64,000 nucleotides of DNA from a virus: the IMG/VR virus record IMGVR_UViG_3300031974_002457, positions 3,436-67,435 of that record, one strand, 5' to 3'. Numbering within the stretch: the first letter of the stretch is position 1; every line of letters starts with the position of its first letter. The notes below the pieces were generated by a model that was given only the letters and a program-made list of their open reading frames with translations, searched no databases and had not been told where the DNA came from. A program made the position numbers and the translations under genes. Positions 49,202 to 57,934 of the stretch are shown here, piece by piece.

Positions 49202-51465
49202 GATATTCTTTTAAATTCTACGTCAACTTTACTATAATCAACAAATAAATCATTGTTAAATTCAATTGATGCTAAAGGAACTTCATCAGCCATGACACCT
49301 TGGTAAACACCTTTTTTCATAACATCATCTATATATTCAAAACTGTATATATTTATACCACTTTCTGATACACCTATTAGCTTAATATTTTTCTTATATT
49401 TTCTATCTGAACAACTAAATGTATTTGTTATTAATCCACCCGCACCTATAGTTATAACTTTATCTGGAGAGAAACCGTTATTAAAGTTTATACCATAGTT
49501 AGCTGATCCTAAAGGACTAGAACAAGCACTGTTTGTGTAAACATAACTACCAACACCCATAAAACCATAGGTTGTTGGACTATACGCAATAATACTTGTT
49601 GATCCACTACACTCAAAAGCAGGTTTACTATTACTACCACTTGTTCTATAAAAATCATAACATTGAACAGTGTTATATGTTGTTGTTGTAGATCTACTAG
49701 TATTTCTTAATATAGTGCTATATTGAGTTAATAAAGCCTCGCTAGTTGTTCTACTTGTGCTTCTTAAAACTGTACTTCTACTAGTCGATGTTGATCTAAT
49801 TGTTTGATAAGTTGTAGTAAAAGTAGTAGTAAACGTAGTAGTTGTCGTTGTGCTAGTATTAAAAGCTGTATTTGTAATATAACTAGTAGACGTAGTATAC
49901 GTTGTTGTTGTGTTAAACGTAGTTGTAGTTGTAAACGCAGTAGTAGTTGCTCTACTAGTTGCCCAAGTTGTAGTAGTGCTTCTAGTTGTTGATGTAGCTC
50001 TTTTCTCTTGCGTAGTCGTATTAGTGTTATATGTTGTTGTAGTATTTCTTGACGTTGCTCTACTTGTTTGTCTAGATGTTGCTGTTGCTCTAGTTGTATT
50101 AAATGTAGTGGTAGTATTAAACGTAGTCGTTGTGCTAGTGTTAAAAGTTGTAGTTGTACTTTTAGATGTATTATACGTAGTGGTTGTATTAAAAGTTGTT
50201 GTCCAAGACGTAGTATACTGCGTAACTGTAGTCGTAGACGTATTAAACGTTGTGGTCGTATTTCTACTAGTTGATGTAGCTCTCTTTTCTAGCGTAGTAG
50301 TATTTGTATTATACGTTGTAGTAGTGTTAAACGTAGTTGTAGTACTAGTATTGAAAGTAGTTATTGTAGCTGTACTTGTATTAAATGTTGTCGTAGTACT
50401 TTTACTTGTATTAAATATTGTTAAAGTATTAAACGTGGTTGTTCTACTAGTGTTAAACGTAGTTATTGTAAGAAACGTTGTGGTCCAAGATGTTGTATAT
50501 TGTGTGGTCGTAGTTGTTGACGTGTTAAATGTCGTTGTTGTATTTCTACTAGTCGACGTAAACCTTTTTTCTGTCGTTGTTGTATTAGTATTGTATGTTG
50601 TTGTTGTATTAAATACAGTAACGGTTGACGTATTAAATGTAGTCGTAGTAGATTTACTAGTATTATATGTTGTTGTGGTAGATCTTGACGTGGCCCAAGT
50701 TGTAGCTCTAGTAGTATTATACGTAGTCGTAGTTGACGTATTATATACAGTAGTTGTACTTTTTGTTGTAGCCCAAGTTGTTGTTGTTGATCTTGATGTT
50801 TGAGTTTGTCTTTTTTCGCTAGTAGTTGTATTTGTATTATACGTTGTTGTGGTATTAAATACAGTTGTAGTAGATGTGTTAAATGTTGTTGTAGTAGTTT
50901 TACTAGTTTGAAATATAGTTGTTCTACTTGTTTCATACGTTGTCAACGTACTAGTGTTAAAAGTTGTCGTAGTTGTTTTACTAGTGTTATACGTAGTTGT
51001 AGTGGTAGTGGATGTATTATATACGGTTATAGTTGTTCTACTTGTTATTTTACTAGTCTGAAAAGTAGTTGTATATACAGTTGTTGTATTAGTTGAAAAA
51101 GCCTTTTTTGTAGCTGTACTAGTGTTGTACGTAGTCGTATAAACCGTAGATGTTATTTTATTTGTAGACACTACAGTGTTAGTAGACTTAGATGTAACTC
51201 TAGATTCTGCAAAAGTAGTTACTTTACTTGTACTGTAATATGTTATTGTGATTGTGTTTGTAGTTCTAGAAGTTTCTACAGTTGTTGTGTATACTGTAGT
51301 TGTGTCTTTAGATGTAGACCAACTGGTTGTTGTAGACTTTTGAGTATTATATGTAGTAGTCGTGCTTTTACTAGTATTAAACGTAGTAGTCGTGTTCTTA
51401 CTAGTCGATACGCTAGTATTCTTGGTTGTATTCCAGAAATCTATTCTTGACCAAAACCACTTCAT
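49198..51465 (-). CDS. Thr-rich repeat fibre protein with C-terminal peptidase S74 chaperone domain
   Basis: About 600 aa of TTTT[FY]NT[ST] repeats, a Cys-containing domain, then SDRKYKKNI...IYSFEY...GVMADEV...VDYS. Confidence 0.75.
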   Translation of the reverse strand: MKWFWSRIDFWNTTKNTSVSTSKNTTTTFNTSKSTTTTYNTQKSTTTSWSTSKDTTTVYTTTVETSRTTNTITITYYSTSKVTTFAESRVTSKSTNTVVSTNKITSTVYTTTYNTSTATKKAFSTNTTTVYTTTFQTSKITSRTTITVYNTSTTTTTTYNTSKTTTTTFNTSTLTTYETSRTTIFQTSKTTTTTFNTSTTTVFNTTTTYNTNTTTSEKRQTQTSRSTTTTWATTKSTTTVYNTSTTTTYNTTRATTWATSRSTTTTYNTSKSTTTTFNTSTVTVFNTTTTYNTNTTTTEKRFTSTSRNTTTTFNTSTTTTTQYTTSWTTTFLTITTFNTSRTTTFNTLTIFNTSKSTTTTFNTSTATITTFNTSTTTTFNTTTTYNTNTTTLEKRATSTSRNTTTTFNTSTTTVTQYTTSWTTTFNTTTTYNTSKSTTTTFNTSTTTTFNTTTTFNTTRATATSRQTSRATSRNTTTTYNTNTTTQEKRATSTTRSTTTTWATSRATTTAFTTTTTFNTTTTYTTSTSYITNTAFNTSTTTTTTFTTTFTTTYQTIRSTSTSRSTVLRSTSRTTSEALLTQYSTILRNTSRSTTTTYNTVQCYDFYRTSGSNSKPAFECSGSTSIIAYSPTTYGFMGVGSYVYTNSACSSPLGSANYGINFNNGFSPDKVITIGAGGLITNTFSCSDRKYKKNIKLIGVSESGINIYSFEYIDDVMKKGVYQGVMADEVPLASIEFNNDLFVDYSKVDVEFKRIS

Positions 51466-51477
51466 ATTCTATTTAAA

Positions 51478-51849
51478 TTAAGCAAATAGTCCAATATAAT
51501 TCACTAATACTTGATCACTCGCATTTACATAGTAAGATAAACAATGAACGTTGTTTGCTAATGTATTATAACTTATTGATGAGCCACCGGGTATTTTAAT
51601 ATAACTTTCAGTACCACCAACAGTTACAGTAAAACTTAAACTAGTTGAAGTACTTGGATTAGTTATTATTATATTTCCAGCTTGACCAACGACATCACCA
51701 GCTTCATCTAACTGTATAGTTGTAGCTTGATTAGAGGGATTTACTTTAAAGTTATTATTTTGAGTTAATTTTAAAGCGTGAGTCCCACTGTTGTTAGTAG
51801 CTGTTAAAGGCGCTGCCGGAACGGCATGACTTAAAAAAGGTATACCCAT
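51478..51849 (-). CDS. small fibre-associated structural protein
   Basis: N-terminus MGIPFLSH resembles MAIPVLNH of the upstream fibre. Confidence 0.55.
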   Translation of the reverse strand: MGIPFLSHAVPAAPLTATNNSGTHALKLTQNNNFKVNPSNQATTIQLDEAGDVVGQAGNIIITNPSTSTSLSFTVTVGGTESYIKIPGGSSISYNTLANNVHCLSYYVNASDQVLVNYIGLFA

Positions 51850-51864
51850 ATTATTATATTTAAA

Positions 51865-51896
51865 ATTAATACAGACGGTACCGAAGTACCGCCTAT
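51865..51896 (-). terminator. hairpin/terminator after the tail fibre gene
   Basis: Minus strand ATAGGCGGTAC-TTCG-GTACCGTCTGT followed by an AT-rich tract. Confidence 0.65.
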
Positions 51897-51909
51897 ATTT
51901 ATTGTTTTA

Positions 51910-54279
51910 TTAAGATATTGCAGGGAATTTAGATATAAGAACTAAATAATCCTGTGATGTTGAAGGTGCAGCCGCGAATATTAAATCAACAGAGTTATCA
52001 TCGTTTCTCTGTACCTCAACTTGTACAACATCGTAACTAGCTCCAGTACCATTATCACCATAATCAAGAACTTGAACCATAACTATTGGCGTACCAAAGT
52101 TATGAACGATATTGTATGTAGTAGCACTACCATCACCAGATAACTTTTTAGTTAACTTATTAGCGGTAGCTTCTTTAGCATCTAATTGAGTTTGTATATT
52201 AGAAGTTACACCATCACTGTAGTTAAGTTCTGCAGCAGTTGCCGTAACACCGTCTAAAATGTTTAGCTCAGATGTTGTAGCAGTTACTCCATCTAAAATG
52301 TTTATCTCACTTGCGGTAGCAGTTACTCCATCTAAAATGTTTAATTCATTAGTGGTAGCTGTAACACCATCAAGTAAGTTAAGCTCTAAAACAGTTGCTG
52401 TTATACCATCTAATACATTGAACTCGGTAGTAGTAACACCTGTTGCTCTTAGATCTTTAGCATAGTTTAAATCAGCAACAACACCAGTGAAACCATCTAG
52501 TTTGTTTATTTCAGCAGCTGTAGAAGTTACTCCATCTAAGATATTAAGTTCAGCTGTAGTAGAAGTAACACCATCAAGAATGTTAATTTCTGAAGCAGTC
52601 GCTGTAACACCGTCAAGTATATTTAGCTCAGCTGCAGTTGAAGTAACAGCTGTACCACCTAATGTTAAAGATGCAGCTATAATACCATCAACTTGTAAGT
52701 CTTCATAATTTGTTCCAAGTTTTAATTCAAACTTAGGGCCAGTAGTGTTATATGTAAACGTTGCATCATCACCACTACCACCTTCAATTGTAATACCAGC
52801 GCCATTAACAACAGCTGCTGTATTGTTACCGCTATCAAGTACTATGTTATGATCATTAAGATTAACTGTAGTTGAGTTAACTGTAGTTGTAGTACCTGAA
52901 ACAACAAGATCACCAGCTATAGTAACTTGAACGTCATTAGCATCACCAATTGTTACGTTTTCAGTAATGTTTCCTAATTCTGTATTTAGGTTAGCTTGAC
53001 CTGTTTTATCATCAACATACGCTTTAATAGACTGCTGTGTAGCTAAATGCGTAGCTGAATTAGAAGACATATTATCTTCATCTTTAATAGATGTACCTTC
53101 AATAGCACCACTTGATGATATTGCTAAAGGAACACTAGCAGAAGCTGTAGTACTACCAGGATATAAATGTAATTTATTACCAGTACTAAATGAAATAGCT
53201 CTAGTAAAAGTACCACCTAAAAGGCCAGGTTCAGTAGCGTTAGTACCAAAGAATATACCTTGCGCAGCATTATCGCTTCTTAGTGGGAATAATCGTAATG
53301 AACCAATTTGGCTGTTATCACCTCTAAATCTACCAACTTCTTTACCATCACATAAAAATCCCATTTTTGTAGTGGTCGCTTCATTATTAAAGTCAGCAGA
53401 TATTGTTAGTGATCCAGCGCTACTATCAGCACTTATTCTAGCATCAGCGTTTGTAGTTGTATCTGTAAGTACTATTTCTGGAACAGCACTTGATATAGTA
53501 ATATCATCACCAAATGTTTTGTTTGTTAGTGTTTGTGTACCTGCTTCTGTTACGAGAGTACCAGTAACACCATCTAACAAGTTAAGTTCTGTTGCTGTTG
53601 AAGTAACACCATCTAATATGTTAAGTTCAGATGTAGTTGCAGTGACGCCGTCTAATATATTAAGTTCTGACGCTGTTGCTGTAACTCCGTCTAAAATATT
53701 AAGTTCTGCAGTTGTAGAGGTTATGCCATCTAAAACGTTTAGTTCAGCTCCAGTAGCTGTTATACCTAATGACGCTATAGCTGTGTCTCCACTTTCATAA
53801 GCGAAAGCACCAGCGCCTGTTGCTACTATAAATTGACCATCTGAAGCAGGAGCTCCTAATGAGTCTAAATCTTCTAATACTCCATCAACAGCTACTGTTA
53901 TAGATCCACCAAGTGATACAGAACCTAAAGTTCCCATACCTGCGCCTTGAGTAAGAGTTATTGATGAGTTTGCTAATTTATCATTAGCGATGTTTGATAG
54001 TCCTAATGTGATAGTACCTGAGCCTGTTATAGGAGAACCTGAGTCAACGTCAATACCATCAGTACCTGCTATTGCAACAGAAGTTACTGATCCACCTGAC
54101 GTACCAAGTTCTAACCATTCAGTAGTTGATGATTTATAATATTTGATAACTCCACTATCATATATTATCTGACCATCACCTGGGCTAGTTACATCACCTG
54201 ATCCTGTCTTGTGAAGGATTACGTTTCTGATCTCGGCGCTTTTGCCAAAATCCATGTGATTTAATACTGGTATTGCCAT
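51910..54279 (-). CDS. tail fibre protein with 13-aa ELNILDGVTATxx repeats
   Basis: Two repeat clusters; Gly/Thr-rich; ATQQSIKAYVD fibre motif. Confidence 0.75.
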   Translation of the reverse strand: MAIPVLNHMDFGKSAEIRNVILHKTGSGDVTSPGDGQIIYDSGVIKYYKSSTTEWLELGTSGGSVTSVAIAGTDGIDVDSGSPITGSGTITLGLSNIANDKLANSSITLTQGAGMGTLGSVSLGGSITVAVDGVLEDLDSLGAPASDGQFIVATGAGAFAYESGDTAIASLGITATGAELNVLDGITSTTAELNILDGVTATASELNILDGVTATTSELNILDGVTSTATELNLLDGVTGTLVTEAGTQTLTNKTFGDDITISSAVPEIVLTDTTTNADARISADSSAGSLTISADFNNEATTTKMGFLCDGKEVGRFRGDNSQIGSLRLFPLRSDNAAQGIFFGTNATEPGLLGGTFTRAISFSTGNKLHLYPGSTTASASVPLAISSSGAIEGTSIKDEDNMSSNSATHLATQQSIKAYVDDKTGQANLNTELGNITENVTIGDANDVQVTIAGDLVVSGTTTTVNSTTVNLNDHNIVLDSGNNTAAVVNGAGITIEGGSGDDATFTYNTTGPKFELKLGTNYEDLQVDGIIAASLTLGGTAVTSTAAELNILDGVTATASEINILDGVTSTTAELNILDGVTSTAAEINKLDGFTGVVADLNYAKDLRATGVTTTEFNVLDGITATVLELNLLDGVTATTNELNILDGVTATASEINILDGVTATTSELNILDGVTATAAELNYSDGVTSNIQTQLDAKEATANKLTKKLSGDGSATTYNIVHNFGTPIVMVQVLDYGDNGTGASYDVVQVEVQRNDDNSVDLIFAAAPSTSQDYLVLISKFPAIS
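52190..52640 (-). repeat. 39-bp-unit coding repeat cluster (distal)
   Basis: E[LI]N[ILV]LDG[VI]T[AS]T units; boundaries approximate. Confidence 0.7.
53565..53760 (-). repeat. 39-bp-unit coding repeat cluster (proximal, five units)
   Basis: Five ELNxLDGxT units; boundaries approximate. Confidence 0.7.
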
Positions 54280-54305
54280 TTTTGTTTTAGTTTAAGTTTT
54301 TGTTA

Positions 54306-54656
54306 TTATTTTTTTATGTAAGCATATCCGCTTTTAGCGTCTATAAAATTTATAGTTAATTGATTTTCGTTTACGTAAGTAACAATGCCCATAGCTTGAA
54401 CATTGTTAAACGTTGCACCACCTGATAACTTTATGTTAACATGCGGTAAATAATCTTCTAGATCTAAGTTGTGTGTTATTGTCCAGGTAGCAGAAGCACT
54501 ATTTTGATTATGCTTATATACACCAGAATTTTCAGCAAAGAAATTAGATAAGTCTGATATTTTAAAGTTCTTAGTGTTTCCAGCCTCATCTGATCCTAGT
54601 AACTTATCGTCATCCGTTATACTTGTGTCGTTCTGTATTCTACTAATTCTGGGCAT
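54306..54656 (-). CDS. small structural protein
   Basis: WTITHNL motif, related to the YNIVHNF at the fibre C-terminus. Confidence 0.55.
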   Translation of the reverse strand: MPRISRIQNDTSITDDDKLLGSDEAGNTKNFKISDLSNFFAENSGVYKHNQNSASATWTITHNLDLEDYLPHVNIKLSGGATFNNVQAMGIVTYVNENQLTINFIDAKSGYAYIKK

Positions 54657-55066
54657 TATTTTCCGTTTTTAAATTTATTGTATTTTTCAACACTTCGTCC
54701 GCCGAAATAGGCCCCAATAACAGTGATCAACACGAGCTGAAGTAAATCTACCCATTTGCTATCAACGTTAAAGTTTATAGAGCCACTATCAATGAAAACC
54801 ATTAACACAGTGCTTAATATTAAAAAAACAAGGACTAAAGGTCTTACTGATCTAGTAAGCCAGTTACCGTGTTCTAGGTCTGCTTTCCATCTTTCGGTTA
54901 CGTTTTTTTGCATAGCGGCTTCCGCGTCAATAAATATCTGCGTCATTTCTTTTTCAAACGCAGCCTTCTCTTCTTTTGTATGTACAAATTTATCAACAAC
55001 ACCGCTAAGTTTTTCGACGATACCACCTCCAGCATCGCCAAAAAGTTTAGCTAGTATTTTAGACAT
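54656..55066 (-). CDS. holin (GTA 3TM holin-like)
   Basis: RW.AD...WL.RSVRPL, two TM helices, AYFGGRS.EK. Confidence 0.7.
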   Translation of the reverse strand: MSKILAKLFGDAGGGIVEKLSGVVDKFVHTKEEKAAFEKEMTQIFIDAEAAMQKNVTERWKADLEHGNWLTRSVRPLVLVFLILSTVLMVFIDSGSINFNVDSKWVDLLQLVLITVIGAYFGGRSVEKYNKFKNGK

Positions 55067-55069
55067 TTA

Positions 55070-55864
55070 TTACTTCTTTTTATATAATTTAGCCGCTGAT
55101 CCTTTTTTCTTTAAAATCTTGTCTTGAACTCCTTTTGGAAGTTTGTCAAAACCTTTATTTAATTTATTTGGAGATTTAGCCATTTTAGCAGGTGACTTTT
55201 TCATTTTAGCTGCGCTATCATCTTCTTTTTTCTTACCAATATTCTTGATTTTATTCTTAGCGCCTCTTAAAAAGTTACCAACTTTTGTTCCACCTTCTTT
55301 TTTAATTCTATCAGCTCTCTTTTGTTGTCTCTCAGCTCTTTTAGCTTGTCTCTTCTCTTTGTTAGAAGCAGCAACCTCTTTTCTAGTGTTTTTTACTACA
55401 TTAGTTTTTTCAACTTTAGCCTCTTCAGTTTTTGGAGGATCAGTTTTTGGAGCGTTGTTTTTATTCTTAACGTTTTCCGCTAATTGCTTTTTTGAAATAT
55501 TCTGCTTTTTAGCTTCAGAAGTAGGATTTTCAGTATCATACTTCTTTTTATTATAAGACTTAGCAGCTTTTTCAAACTCTTCATAAGTTTTATACTTTGT
55601 CTTATCAGCATCAGCATAAGCATCTTTATAAGATACAGCTTTACCAGCTTTTCTTGCTTCAGCATTTTTCTTTTTTTGTGCGTCGTCACCACTAGAATAA
55701 CCTTTGCCACGACCCACAGGAGAATTTACAATTTTTGATGATCCACCTCTTTTAAGCGGTGACTCTATGCCAACACCTTTGATAACTGGCTTTTGTGATG
55801 GTACTCCGTCAGGATTACCTAATCCAGCCGATTTTAATTTTTGATAAATGTTACTTGCTTTCAT
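55070..55864 (-). CDS. Lys-rich protein with multiple SPxK/SAAK motifs
   Basis: SPLK, SAAK, SPAK, SPNK. Confidence 0.6.
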   Translation of the reverse strand: MKASNIYQKLKSAGLGNPDGVPSQKPVIKGVGIESPLKRGGSSKIVNSPVGRGKGYSSGDDAQKKKNAEARKAGKAVSYKDAYADADKTKYKTYEEFEKAAKSYNKKKYDTENPTSEAKKQNISKKQLAENVKNKNNAPKTDPPKTEEAKVEKTNVVKNTRKEVAASNKEKRQAKRAERQQKRADRIKKEGGTKVGNFLRGAKNKIKNIGKKKEDDSAAKMKKSPAKMAKSPNKLNKGFDKLPKGVQDKILKKKGSAAKLYKKK

Positions 55865-55885
55865 TTTTGTTTATTTAGTCCTTGT

Positions 55886-57229
55886 TTAATATTTGTTAAA
55901 ACCGCTAAAACCTTTCATTTTAAACGGTGCTTTACTTTTATTTTTTAAATTCATTGAATTAGAGCTGTTATTTTTTACATAGCTTTCAGCGTTTTCTTGA
56001 ACACCCATATTTTGTGTTGATTCTGATCCCTCAGTACCTTCTTTACCAATTCTAGTTTTACCAACTGGTATATTATAATCAGCACCGTAACTGTCAGCAA
56101 CGTATTTTAAATAAGCGTCTTTACTTTCAAAGCTTTTACCAGTTGATGGATCAATAGCTCCTTTTCTGTCAAACTTTTTACCTTCTCTATTTAATATTCT
56201 ACCGAGTTTTTTTCTACCTCTATTTCTAACACCAGCTCCCCATTTGGTGTCCATAGATTCATAATAACCCATATTATATTTATCAGGTGTCCCAGGTGTT
56301 CCTGGTTCTTTTACTGTTTCTGTTCTAGGTGTAAAAGAATGTGATGTATCTACAGTAGTTTCTGATCTAACACCATCTTTAACTTCTCTTTCTAGTCTTT
56401 TTTTCTTTTGCTCTGGAGTTTCATTTGCTAAATATTCTTTCCATTTTTCATTAGACATTTTATCCTTATAACCTCCACCAATAACTTCACCTGGTTTAGT
56501 TACTGTTGTTTCAGTTACATCACCAAAAGCATCATCAGTACCATCGTCGTCAGTATCGTAGTTTACACCTTTAATTTCTTTAGTAGCAGTTGTCTCTGCA
56601 TGTAAAGGTGATGATTTCGCCTTAAGTGTAATTGGATTAGCTTTCATTTTCATAGCCGACTTATCTTTGTTTTTCAAGTTCATTTGTCCACCTGACTCTT
56701 CAAGGTTTTCTTTCTTTTGATCATTAGGATTTGTATTTTTCTTCATGAAACCTTCAAAACCTTCAATTTGACTAGTAACTTTACCAACAGCGTCACCAAT
56801 AGCTTTATGCTTATCAGCTTTTGCGCGTAGTTGATCACTTAAAATAGCTGCGTTTTGTCCTAATGTTGTATTACTTAGTCCAAAGTTTAATTTGTTTGGG
56901 GATGATTTTTTCATATTTTTTGTTTTTTGATAAGCTTCTGCCTCCCATGGTAGTTTTTTAGATCCTTCGTTCATATCGTCACGATCATATTTTTTACCTT
57001 TCCAGTAGACATTATTATCGTCATAGTTTAAATCACCTCTAGCCATTTGATCCATATGCACCATTTCGTGTGCTATAGCTTCTTTAGCTAAAGGACTGTC
57101 ATTTTTGACATCTTTATCTAAATATATAGTTCCGTCGTTGTTTGCTTCTGCTATAACACCGTCGTCTAACTCTTTTTTAATTACAGGTATTTTGCCTGTT
57201 TTTACTTTATTTGTAATAGGATTTGCCAT
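55886..57229 (-). CDS. HEXXH metallopeptidase-domain protein with SPxK-punctuated C-terminal region
   Basis: AIAHEMVHMDQ...LPWEAEAY; ATG 57229. Confidence 0.65.
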   Translation of the reverse strand: MANPITNKVKTGKIPVIKKELDDGVIAEANNDGTIYLDKDVKNDSPLAKEAIAHEMVHMDQMARGDLNYDDNNVYWKGKKYDRDDMNEGSKKLPWEAEAYQKTKNMKKSSPNKLNFGLSNTTLGQNAAILSDQLRAKADKHKAIGDAVGKVTSQIEGFEGFMKKNTNPNDQKKENLEESGGQMNLKNKDKSAMKMKANPITLKAKSSPLHAETTATKEIKGVNYDTDDDGTDDAFGDVTETTVTKPGEVIGGGYKDKMSNEKWKEYLANETPEQKKKRLEREVKDGVRSETTVDTSHSFTPRTETVKEPGTPGTPDKYNMGYYESMDTKWGAGVRNRGRKKLGRILNREGKKFDRKGAIDPSTGKSFESKDAYLKYVADSYGADYNIPVGKTRIGKEGTEGSESTQNMGVQENAESYVKNNSSNSMNLKNKSKAPFKMKGFSGFNKY

Positions 57230-57230
57230 A

Positions 57231-57671
57231 TTATCTGTCTTTGTCTTTAAACATGTCATCTATAGCTTTATTAAAGACCTTATCGGTGTAAGACACGTTT
57301 TTAAAAAATACATTACGTTCTGACATAGGTAAGTCCTCCTCTGCTAATAGGATTCTATATATTCTTGTGATTAATTGTGAGCATTTAAATGAAGTCTTAA
57401 AAATGCTATATTTGATTGAAGTGCGGTTGCGATGTCTCCATGTCTCTATCCAGCCTTCACGCCTTAAACGTTCCCAGCGGTTTTTATCCCAAGACATAGT
57501 GTAAACACCGTCTATAAATTCTTGACGTGTAAATTTACCTTTACAGTCTAAATATATTAATAATTCTAGATCGGCATCTTTTAAGTTATAAGTTTTACAG
57601 GCCCATTTTCTAACGAGCCTGTAGTACTTAAATAATTGTATTTCTCTTAAATCAGATGCACTTAATTTCAT
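57231..57671 (-). CDS. conserved hypothetical protein (possible winged helix)
   Basis: 146-aa ORF coupled to groES; DLELLIYL...FT...RLRREGWI. Confidence 0.5.
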   Translation of the reverse strand: MKLSASDLREIQLFKYYRLVRKWACKTYNLKDADLELLIYLDCKGKFTRQEFIDGVYTMSWDKNRWERLRREGWIETWRHRNRTSIKYSIFKTSFKCSQLITRIYRILLAEEDLPMSERNVFFKNVSYTDKVFNKAIDDMFKDKDR

Positions 57672-57934
57672 TCTACCAAAACTACATCTTTTATTGTCAT
57701 GATGTAGTATTCTTTATCTTTATAAGTAATTGAGTGGCCTGAGTGTTTATCATAATATATAATATCACCTTCTTTTATTATGTTATCAGGTGGACACAGA
57801 TCTCCTTTACTTATAATTTTACCTTTTAGGTATCTATTGTCACTATCGATACTATCCGATATTTCAAGACCACCTATTTTTTTAGGTGCTAACTTGATAT
57901 TTTCAACTACTATATAATAACTAACTGCTCGCAT
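57668..57934 (-). CDS. groES: co-chaperonin GroES
   Basis: Mobile loop KKIGGL, GKIISKG, IKEGDIIYY; adjacent to groEL. Confidence 0.8.
   Translation of the reverse strand: MRAVSYYIVVENIKLAPKKIGGLEISDSIDSDNRYLKGKIISKGDLCPPDNIIKEGDIIYYDKHSGHSITYKDKEYYIMTIKDVVLVE

Noticed and set aside
47073-51096. Long + strand Val-rich and Cys/Ser-rich ORFs (e.g. 49910..50803)
   Set aside because: Antisense and frame shadows of the ACN-rich Thr repeats; the minus-strand frame carries the S74 domain and fits the operon
46800-51465. Thr-rich region as a CRISPR array or DGR template/variable repeat
   Set aside because: No constant DNA repeat with unique spacers, no cas or reverse transcriptase gene; variation is at synonymous positions
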